Position numbers and translations under genes: made by a program | The notes under the pieces: generated by a model | The model's database searches: none | The model's input: the letters and a program-made list of their open reading frames with translations, nothing else | Told to the model about the DNA's origin: nothing | In this document: positions 33,682-44,360 of the stretch, in pieces | Layout of the letters: every line of letters starts with the position of its first letter | Numbering within the stretch: position 1 is the first letter of the stretch | Assembly (NCBI GenBank): GCA_963693365.1 | Contig: CAVNZM010000014.1 | Coordinates: 62,001-126,000, forward strand | Length of the DNA stretch: 64,000 nucleotides | From: Amoebidium appalachense | Taxonomy: Eukaryota > Protista > Ichthyosporea | Direction of reading: 5' to 3'

Positions 33682-33828
33682 TTGAAAGCGGAACACGGCA
33701 CGAAGTACGCATACACGACGAGAAGCATGGTGCAGGACACATGCAAAGGCAAACATTCAAGTATGCAACATAAGTCATGCGCACAGTATGCGTCATAAGC
33801 AGAGCCCATCCTCAGGGAGGGCCCAAGT
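33682..33828 (-). mobile_element. Poly-C-inserted short element, copy B (intronic)
   Basis: The reverse complement reads C-run|acttgggccc-tcc-ctgaggat-gggctctgcttat...gtgttccgctttcaa|C-run. Confidence 0.8.
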
Positions 33829-33896
33829 GGGGGGGGAAAGGAACGAGTATGTGTGAAGTAGCACATGCAAGGGTATATGTGGGTGTCTGGCCAGCA

Positions 33897-33939
<43 letters not shown>

Positions 33940-34237
33940 CGCGCGTGTGTGCGTGCGTGTGCGTGTGCGTGTGTGTGTGTGTGCGTGTGTTTGTGTGTGT
34001 GCGTGTGTGTGTGTGCCTGTGTGCCTGTTTCAGCAGGGTCTTGGAAGGGCGGGGAGGGGGGGGGGGGAGGGGGAAGGAGGTGGGACCTGCTGTGTGCATT
34101 GAGCACGTGCACATGGTTTTGTGTGTGTATTGCACTCTGTGCACAGCGTGTGCATGTTCAAGTGTGCAAGTGATTGTGTATTGAACACAGTGTGCAGGCG
34201 AGTGTGCATAAATGTGTATTGAATACATTGAGTACGT

Positions 34238-34381
34238 GTACGACTGTGTGTGTCATGCATGCAGTGTACATATGTACGACTGTGTGTGTCATGCATGCAG
34301 TGTACATATGTACGACTGTGTGTGTCATGCATGCAGTGTACATATGTACGACTGTGTGTGTCATGCATGCAGTGTACATAT
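34238..34381. repeat. Intronic minisatellite, 4 x 36 bp
   Basis: Unit gtacgactgtgtgtgtcatgcatgcagtgtacatat, four perfect copies. Confidence 0.95.
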
Positions 34382-34636
34382 GTTCCGCCCTTACCCTCTC
34401 ATGGAACTCTATCCTGTGATACAGCCTAGCCCTGTGCCTGTAGTATCTCGTCAATGCCGTTTTGTCCTCTGCAGCCAGCTGTTGCTCCCTCTCCTGTTTC
34501 TGTTGCTGTCTCTTTGCACTGTCCTTCATGCCCAGAAAGTCGGTGACCATGTGTGCGCCCTTATTCAGTGTGTCCATGGCTTTGATCTTGGTCACGGCCA
34601 TGGTGAACGACGTGTTGTTGTCGTTGTTGTCTTGCT

Positions 34637-34684
<48 letters not shown>

Positions 34685-34929
34685 GCGGAGGGTGTGGGGA
34701 TGGAAGTGAGAGTGTGTATGCTTGTGTGTGTGTGTTTTCTATGTGTGTATCTCTCTCTCTCTCTCTCCCACTCTTCCTTTCCCTCTCCCTCTCCCCTCTA
34801 TCTCTCTTCCCCTCTGTCTCTCTCCCACCCTGTCCCTCTCTCCCTCTCCCTCCCCTCCTCCCCCCTACCACTCTCAGTCCCTCCCTCCCTCTCTCGCTCC
34901 TCCCTCCCTCTCCACCTCCCTTCCCCTCC

Positions 34930-34960
<31 letters not shown>

Positions 34961-34978
34961 CCCCTCCCTCCCTCCCTC

Positions 34979-35010
<32 letters not shown>

Positions 35011-36119
35011 CCCCCCCCCCCCCCCCTCATTTCTCTCTCTCTCTCTCTCTCTCTCTTTCTCCTTCAGTCTCTCTCTCTCTCCCTCCTTGTCCCTCTCTCT
35101 CTCCCCTCTCCCTCCCTCCCCTCTCCCTTCTCCCCTCTCGTCTCTCTCTCCCTCTCACTCTCCTTCTCCCTCAGCCTCTCCCTATCTCTCTCCCTCTCTC
35201 TCTATCTCTCTCAATTTCTCTCCCTCCCCCTTCCCCTCCCCCCTCCCGCCCTCTCTTTCTTTCTCTCCTCGACATGCGGGTGAATGCATGTGTGTGTGGT
35301 GTTTGTGAATGGTGGATGTGTGCGTGCCTGTGTTGTACTAATGTGTGACCTATTCAGTCTTCCCCCGTCCCTCCCCTCCCCCCCCCCCCCCCCCCCCCCC
35401 TTCCTGGAGGGGGGGGGGACAGATAAAATGGTTCTGGGTTTCCTTCTCGCAAAAGAGAGGAACGAGTGCAATGTTATCACTCCCTGTGAATGGGTAAAGC
35501 AGGGGGTTGATTCTTTCCTGTTCAACGTGGTGCTGTGTCTTTCAGCCCGTGCATGAAATACTTGTGTGTGTGGTGGGTGACTGTTTGGTTGTGTGTTAAA
35601 CATGTTTACACTTGTAAGGCTAGGTGGGTGCCTGTGTGTGTCCATGTGTCGGCATGCAAATGCAAGAATAGTACGTGTGTTCAGGTACGCTCATGTGCAT
35701 GTGTGTGCCTTTTTAGGGCATGTGTATGTATGTCTGCAGGTGCTTGTGTGTGTGTGTGATATCTGTGTGTGTGTGTGTGTGTGCATGTGCCTGAATTCGT
35801 AAGTGTGTGCCTGCATGTGCATGGCCATGTGTTTGTGAAGTTGTGTGTACATGTGCATGTGTTTAAGTGTGCACGTGCTTGCATGTACAAGTGTGTATGT
35901 GTGTGCATGTGTGCAAGTGCACGCGTAAATGTGTGTCTGTGTGCACGTGGCACTCACCGTGTATTCGTTTGTGCACTGAACACGGAATGCATTGAGCTCA
36001 TTGGCCAGCGCAGCCTTCTCTGCACTCATCCAAAGTCAGACGTCTTTTCGCTTCTAAGATAGATGGGAACAAACGCACAATTCTTCAAACCTGCGCCCCT
36101 CCCGCCTGCCTCCCCATCC

Positions 36120-36200
<81 letters not shown>

Positions 36201-36493
36201 TCATGTACAAAGGCACACCACCCAACCCAGAACGCACCCACACACACAGGGCAGACTCACACACACACCTATGTATACGTGCGCGCACATACACACACAC
36301 ACACGCACACACACACACGCACACACACACACACACACACACCTCCATCTCAGCTCTCCGTTACTGGTCCTACCTTTCCAGAAACTATCCATCACCCAAT
36401 CTCTTCCCCATGGCTTAAGAGCAAGATGGGGGAAGGGGAGGGGTTGGGGGAGGTGCATAGTAACACGTAACACGAGGAAAGATAGAGGAAGAG

Positions 36494-36529
<36 letters not shown>

Positions 36530-37544
36530 GGGGGAGAGGGGGACAGAAAAGAAGGGATTCAAACTACAGAGGAACACGGGTGGGATGACGATGGAAGAGC
36601 AGGTGGGCACTAGCAATCAGGGGCCGGGGGGGGGGGGGGGGGGGGGGAGGGGGCCGTAGATGTGCAGGAGGTTACGTATATCCAAATATGGTGTATGCCT
36701 CCACAAACGAATAGTGTGGTGGTCATGGTTGTAAGAAATGGGTTTGAGGGTCAGGGTTGAAGGCATGTGTGTGTGTGTGTGTGTGTTGGGGAGGGGGGTG
36801 GTGGTGGTGGTGGTGGTGGTTGGGGGGGGGAGGGGGAATTGATACCATTCTGGAAGGTGGCGGAAGGTTGGAACAGGCCCGTGGGTGTGGGCCCAGCAAT
36901 AAAGGCCAGGGGGGGCAGGTTGTTCAGCGACCAGGGCACACCATCCATGGCGGGCAGTGGCTCGTTGGTTGTGGGTGACACAGAGGCGGGACGGGGAGGT
37001 TGGGGGGGGCCGAGAGCAGGCCCCTGGGATGGCCGTGGAGGTGGGGGGGAGCTGTGCCTGGCTGGGCATAGGGCACAGGGGGGGCAGGGGGGGAATGTAT
37101 GAGCCCTGGGGTGCCAGGGGAGGGTGGGGGGAGGCGGGGGCATAGGGGCCGGTGGGTGTGGGTGACCAGTTCGGGTATGGGGCAGGCTGGGGGGTGTATG
37201 GGCCCTGGAAGGCTGGGTATAGGCCACCCTGGGGGGGCACATAGCTGGGGCCCTGCCCTGAGGCCTCAGCTTCCTTGGAGGTTGGTGGTGGTGGTGGCGG
37301 TGGCTGCGGCCTAGAACTTAGGTTAGTGCGTGTCGGGGCACTGAACCAAGAGCAGTTCTAAAAGGGGGGGGAAGGGGGGGGGGGGGGGCAGAGTGGAGGT
37401 TTGGGAGAGGGGGGATGGGGGGATGGGGCGAACTCGGGTGCCGGGGGGAGGGGCCGGAGGAGGGGCAGGGGGGGGGGGGGGGGGAGAGGGGGAGGGGGGG
37501 GGGGGGGGAACAGAGGAGGTGGCGAGTAGCGGGAAGGAACGGGG

Positions 37545-37576
<32 letters not shown>

Positions 37577-38199
37577 TGCAGAGGGTAGGGATGAATGGGG
37601 GAGAAGAACCAGGGAAGTTCACAGTCAAAAACTGTACTGTCTTTCGTGCCTGCATGATTCCTGCTTTTCATGTACTCAGCAGCAGAAAAGGTTGTGTCGT
37701 GCACTTTCTCTGCCACGGTGCTAGTGTGGGGAGAGAACGGTTGTCGGTGCCCCATCTGTCTCTATTCGATTCCAAGCACAGGTCCCGCCAAATTGTCTAC
37801 GCGAGCCTTTCACCCGTGAGAAATGTAAAGGCATTTGAACACACGTGTTATTTATATCTATTTTGAATAGAGTTATCTCTGTGCTGTGCGTGCTTGTTTC
37901 TCCCGTGATCCTTGGTGGCCCCTTCCTGTACACTCTGTACCAATTCGTGTTGTGTGCCCCATACCAAAGCAACAACAAGGCAGGCAGGGACAGGCACGTA
38001 CCCAGAACTCGAACTGCCGGGTAGCGAGGCATCGATTGCACTCAGGTCGTATGGCGTGTATGCCGGAGGTGCCTCTGTTGGTGTGTTGTAAGGGGAAACA
38101 ACAGGCGGCCGCCCCGCGGGTTCCCCCGCCCCGCCCGCGGGGTGTGTGTGCCCGGGGGCTGAGGCGTTGGCAAAGGGATCGTACCCTCCACTCATGGCG

Positions 38200-39135
38200 A
38201 AAGAATACTGATTAGAGGTGGCCAAGGAGTCATTTTTTCAGTTGTTTAAAACTGAGTCAAAGAGTCACAAGCGATCGGTGATTATGAATTCCCTAAACAC
38301 GCTCAAAACATTTAACGCCGGTACTTGGTTGGATATCAAGTCATTTTAGAAATAAGTTTACCGTGTGTGGTTATAGTATCAGCTGCGTGCAAAGCCGACA
38401 TAAGACTGTGAGATCAGCAGATGACGTAATCATTTTTCGGTGATACCACAGCACCCACTGGAGTCGCCGAGTCAAGCAGTCGAGTTTTCATGATACAGTA
38501 TGTGTTAGTAGAACACAGCAAAAAAACCATAGAGTCTTATGCATTGTCGTTAAACAAAGGAGTGGCTGGTTTCTTCAAATATCCCAACGCATTTACATAT
38601 GATGAATATTTCTGAAGACTGGTACCAGGCCCGGCGGATTCATGGCAATATGCGGCCCAGCGCGGGCCACGCGCGTGTGCCGCGATCACAGCACCTCGCC
38701 GAGCAACAAACAACCAGCTAATCCCCATCTATTTACTAATATCAGGATCTAAGTGGATAAATATTATACATTAATTACTGAGCACGGGAGAAGAAGCCTG
38801 GGCCATAATATACACATATATGCTCTCTCTGTAGACGGTCACTGGGTGCGGCCCGCTGTCGCCAAAGGGTGCGCAGTCAGCCAATAGTATGCTTCAGCGA
38901 CCTGCGCCATAGTACCTGCCATATTTGGGTGATTGAACCAAACGCCGATTGGTTGGTCGTTTCGCGCAGGAACCATTTCCCACCACCAACGCAACACACA
39001 GCCGTTCACTTCACCACCCCACGAAGGAGAGAAACTTGTACTAACATGAGTAGATGTGATTAAGGAGGGGCATATAGCTAGAGACGATAGACGAACGGAG
39101 GAAGCCCATATATATAGAAACCAAGCTACTAACGG
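38200..39135. promoter_or_regulatory. Divergent promoter region between the orphan gene (-) and talin (+), ending at the donor of a likely talin 5'-UTR exon
   Basis: Microsatellite-free, with CCAAT/ATTGG boxes (about 38881, 38948). Donor GG|GTAAGT at 39136; acceptor CCCCAG| at 39600, just before the talin ATG. Confidence 0.45.
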
Positions 39136-39621
39136 GTAAGTGTGTTATTTCTAGACAGAGGATAGGCGCTGGAACCGTGATGGATCCGAACCAGTGCTAG
39201 ATCTGGCTTGCTTTGTCGCAACGCAAACAAGGCCCACACAAGAGGGATATATAGCAACAAGGTTGCCACACACAGTAGTCTAGGCTTTGCCCGGTTGTTA
39301 GTAAATAGGCTAAGTTAGAAGTTACTTTTCAAAGTGCCGTTCTACACAATCAATGTTTAGTAGTCGTGGCTTCGAAGTAACACTATGGGGTAGTGTACGC
39401 AGTGTAACAAACAACCCCGATTGTTCAGACACGGGCTTAAGAAATCACTTTGATACCGTTCTACACAACCAATGTCAAATATTCATGACTGAAAAGTGAT
39501 ATTTTTTAGAGCACGGTGTAACAGTCAACCCATCACCTCCCCCCTCCCCCCTCCCCCCTTCCACCACCCACCCATCCAACCTTCCCTCCCCTGCCCCCAG
39601 GGAACAAGCCAAACCGCCAAA

Positions 39622-40597
39622 ATGTCGATGATATCACTCCGAATAGATGTGGTGGACCAGAAAGCCACGCGAACTATGCAGGTATGTAAAGCTGAAATAT
39701 ACACAACAGACCTGCCCACGGTATAATGTAGCTGGTTTTTAAGCTGGTTATGAAGATATGCACTGGTTGGTGTAAGGGGAAGATGTAATCTAAGGGGAAG
39801 ATGTAATCTGCAAAATAGACTTTCTTTTCACCTTGGGGCTTCCCTATGTTATGAGATGAAAACATGAAGTTCAGTTGCCTGTTAATCTTGAAACGCAGTT
39901 TTTCTAGTTGAGTCTGGCTGAGTTTTTCTAGTTGAATCTAGTCCTAAAAGTTGCCTTCTGCAGTTCGATGGCTCCATGATTGTATACGATGTGTGCAAAG
40001 AAATTCAAGAAAGACTGGGAGAAGCTGCCGGTGGCTCAGATCACGGCTTGTTTATGCCGGATGTTGACTTTAGACGAGGGAAATGGCTCAACCCGGGCAG
40101 AACTCTGGATTACTACGACTTGAAGTCTGGGGTATGTGTTCCATGTATGAAGTGTTCCGTTTCGTTCTTATTAGCGGCCTACTCAGCTTTTCCACTACCA
40201 CATGCCTGTATTTCCCAGCATTTTGCTGGCTCACTTTTGGGCTTCCTCTGAAATATAAATTCACAACCTGTTTTGCTCTCTGGCATCAGTGGTTTTTGCT
40301 TATCCACCCCACACTTCTTTTGACTCTTTCTCCTCCCTCCCTCCCCCCTTCTCTCCCCTCCTTCCTCCCCCGGGCTCGTAGTATCCCTCTTCCTCCAATC
40401 ACCATCACTTGCTTGCTTGTTACCACCGCCAGTCTCACTCACCCATCCCACCCATCCCACCCTCCGTATACCAGTCTTTCCTTTCCACACCTCTCCCTCC
40501 TTCGATTCCGGCTCACTCACGCACACGCATTTCTCTCTTCTCTTTCTCACTCATTCACTCACACACACACGCACGCACACACACACACACACACACA

Positions 40598-40687
<90 letters not shown>

Positions 40688-41070
40688 GGTTGTGTGCACG
40701 CGTGCGTGCATGCGTGTGTGTGTGTCTGCATGTGCGGAGGGGGGGGGGGGGGGGGGTCTGTCGCTACCCCCCTCCCTCCCTCCCCCCCCCCCCCCCCCTC
40801 TCTCTCTCCTCTTCCTCCATCCCCCCCTCCCCCCCGTTTTTCGTCGACGGGGGTGAATGGGTCGGAAACTTTGGTACTGCGGATGACTTGGGCCCCCTCT
40901 GAAGATGGGCCCTGGGTATTGTGCATGCTCTCATATGCGCTCTGCATTGTGTTGTCCGTTATGAATGTGTACTTTGTGCTCTTCAGCACATTCTAAACTG
41001 CCTGCCCTCCCCCCCCCCCCCTCCCCCCTCTCTCTCTCCCCCCCCCCCCCTCTCTCTCTCTCTCTCTCCC

Positions 41071-41101
<31 letters not shown>

Positions 41102-41970
41102 ACACACTTCCTCCCCCTAGAAAGAGCTTGTGCCGAGGGCAACTAGTCACTGTCCCTCTTTCATATGTGTTTGGGTGTGTGTGTGCGTGTGCAGTGCAGC
41201 TGTTTTTGGCCAACCCAGGGATGCATACGTGGGGATGAAAGCGTGTCTGGGTCGGCGATTTGTTCCCTTCTTCGACATGGATTTGTAATGTTCAGATGCT
41301 CTTGCCTTTTGAAGAGTCGGTTTTGAATTTTTTCAACACCTACAACACACAAGTATCCACGAAGGCAAGCAGACACACATTCATACACACACACACACAC
41401 ACGTTTGTGTCCTCGGGCTAGAAACGATCTATGCACGTTTCCTATATAAGCCAAACCACACACAACCCACACTCATGGCCTCATGCCCATCAACCCCCCC
41501 CCCCCCCCCCCCCCCCTCTCTCCCCCCCCCCCCCCCCCCCAAAAAAAAAAAAAAAAAAAAAAAACTACCATGATCCCCCCCCCCCCTCTCTCCCACCACC
41601 ACCACCACCCCCCACCCCTTGTGGGTGGGCTCTGTGTGGATGCATACTTTGTGTGTGCTCCTCGGCGTCTGCATTTTGTTCACCGTGGATGTGCACTTCG
41701 TAGTCTGTGGTCCAATCTAACCGCCTCTCTCTTAGGACCTCGTGGAGTACAAGAAGAAGCACCGGGCCATCCGCGTGATTTTGATGGACGAGTCCCAGCG
41801 CACAGTGCTGATCGACGACAGCCAGAATGTGGGCCAGATCATCCGCTCGATCTGCGCACGCATCAACCTGTCAAACCCAGACGAGTTTTCCCTCACATGT
41901 ATGAATCCCTGTCTTTGCTAGATGCAGCGGGTGGAACTCGGAGGAGAAGAGGAAGGGGGGGGGGGGATGG

Positions 41971-42001
<31 letters not shown>

Positions 42002-42604
42002 GGGGGGGGGGTATTAACCACGGGTTTAGCTGTTGGTAGCAAGGACATGGGATTAGAAAGTTTACGTAACGGGCACGTGTAGTCCCTAGATGGTGATTTT
42101 AAACAGCTGAGGGCATGTGAGGGAAGATGGCATTTGGTGTGTAAGGGTGTGTGTGCGTGGTGGTTTGGGGGGGGGGGGGGGGGGGGGGGACTTTTTTTTG
42201 TGTTATGGTGGGTAGATGCCTTTCACTGTTCGTGTTGTAGCCGGCCAGTTTAGATGTGGGTGTGTGCTTGTACGTTGCCGTCCAGTGGGAGTGTGCACGT
42301 TTACTTGTATTTTTTGAAGGGTGCATGTGGTGTAGTGCCCCAGGGCAGGAGGGCGGGCGGGGGGAGGAAGGGAGGGGGGGAGGGGGGGGCAGAGGGGGAA
42401 GGGTAACTTGTAATGGTTGGCGTGTAGGCATAAAGCATGGTTGAAGCTGACACATTGAAAACCAGGTGATGCTCTTGATAAAGAGTCCAAGTCGGATATG
42501 GGGATCTACGAGGATTCCAAAAAGGAAAAGCAGGCAAAGGAGAAGGACGCTAAGAAGATGACTAAGCTGCAGGAGAAGCTGCACACCGACGACGAATGTA
42601 GGCT

Positions 42605-42654
<50 letters not shown>

Positions 42655-42813
42655 CGGGAAATGTGCATTTGGTAGTTTCGGTAGAAGTTTATTTCTGTGT
42701 GTGTGTGTGTGTGTGTGTGTTCTTTGCCAATATTCTCTTTTGCAAATAATTTAAGCAACACACTTGATGATGCACGGGTGCAAATGGTGGCAGTCCTTGC
42801 CACTGGCCCTTTT

Positions 42814-42846
<33 letters not shown>

Positions 42847-43113
42847 AACAAAAATGATTGTGTTTGAACACCCCGTGTGTGTTGGCGTATATAAATATGA
42901 AGTTGCGGCCACATGTCCTGACAATGCACTGCAGTGCTGTGGTTGAACCACGACAAGACCTTGCGAGAGCAGGGTGTAAAGGACACTGATTCCGTGCGCC
43001 TACGAAAGAAGTTTTTCTTCTCCGATCAGAATGTGGATCGTAATGATCCCGTCCAACTGAATCTGATGTATGTTCAGGTAAGCAATACATATTACTCCCC
43101 CCCCTCCTCCCCT

Positions 43114-43148
<35 letters not shown>

Positions 43149-44324
43149 CCGTCTACCCGCCTCTTGTTCTTGTTCCACTACAGCTACCCCCTTGCCCCCC
43201 GTCACCTCACTCTGCCACCCCTCTCCCTCCCATCCCCCCCCCCCCCCTAATGTTGCATACTTGAATGCTTGCCTCTGCATATGTCCTGCACCATGCTTCT
43301 CATCGTGTATGTGTACTTCCTACCGTGTTCCGCATTCAAACCCCCCCTCTGCTCCTGCTTAGCAAAGTCATGTGCACGTGGCCCCATTTCATGCTTCTCA
43401 CCCCCATGCCTCCCTCTTTGTGCCCACAAACACCCCACACTGTCCCATAACACTGTGCTCCGTGTTGTCACTGTGCGCTATTATGCATGCACGACCAGAT
43501 GCTGACATTTTTTTATGCAGGCACGTGACGACATCCTCAAGAGCCTGCACCCGTGCACTTTGGAGGAGGCCATCCAGTTTGCGGCCATGCAGTGCCAGAT
43601 CCAGCTGGGCGACCACAACCCTGACACACACCTGCCTGGGTCTATCGAGTACGTGCTAACTGCTTGCTGTATGGCCCCATGTGTATGTTATGTCTATGGC
43701 CCCATATGCCGGCGTCTATATGTTTTATAGTGGGTGATGTGCATGTTGGGCTATGTATTCATGTAGCCGTGTATGTGTATAGCTCTGCCCACTGCCTGTG
43801 CCATGCATGTGTTTTGCTTTGCCTCTTAGACCGTTATGTTCTGCATGTAGAATGCCGATTGAGCAAGATTTACATGTCTGCTAACTGTTTTTGTGCAGTC
43901 TGCGAACATACCTGCCGGAGGAGCACAGCAAAGTCAAGGACGTGGCCAAGCGCATCTTCACAGAGCACCGCAAGCTCAAGGGCATGACGGACCTCAATGC
44001 AAAGTACCGCTACATCCAGCTGTGCCGCTCCCTCAAGACATACGGCATGACCTTCTTCCTGGTCAAGGAGAAGGTCAAAGGCAAGAACAAGCTGGTCCCC
44101 CGCCTGCTGGGCATATCACGTGATAGCATCATGAGGGTGGATGAGACCACAAAGGAGGTCATCAAGACGTGGCCCCTCACTACTGTGCGCCGCTGGGCTG
44201 CATCTCCAAACAGGTAACTGTGTGTGTGTGTGTGGGTGCTGGGGGTCCCGGGGGGGGGGGGGGGGGGGGGGGGGCATCTTGTGTGGATGTGCGTGGTTGG
44301 TGTGTAGGGGAGGAGGGGGCATCG

Positions 44325-44360
<36 letters not shown>

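Larger units (their letters stand above)
32974..38195 (-). pseudogene. Multi-exon orphan gene with Pro-rich N-terminus and coiled-coil C-terminus, apparently disrupted; exons about 38195-38002, 37310-36846, (36609-36566), 36413-36343, 36053-35958, 34634-34395, 33327-32974
   Basis: MSGGYDPFANAS...PPAYTPYDL; QQQKQEREQQLAAED; EKRHKKEREKLRKKIEDKKGGWFSKK. GT-AG boundaries are phase-compatible. There are two C7-run frameshifts in exon 2 and four in-frame stops in the two middle exons. Confidence 0.6.

Noticed and set aside
39310-39945. Short direct repeats in the first talin introns (ccgttctacacaa x2, taaggggaagatgtaatc x2, gtttttctagttga x2)
   Set aside because: They are consistent with ordinary local slippage duplications.
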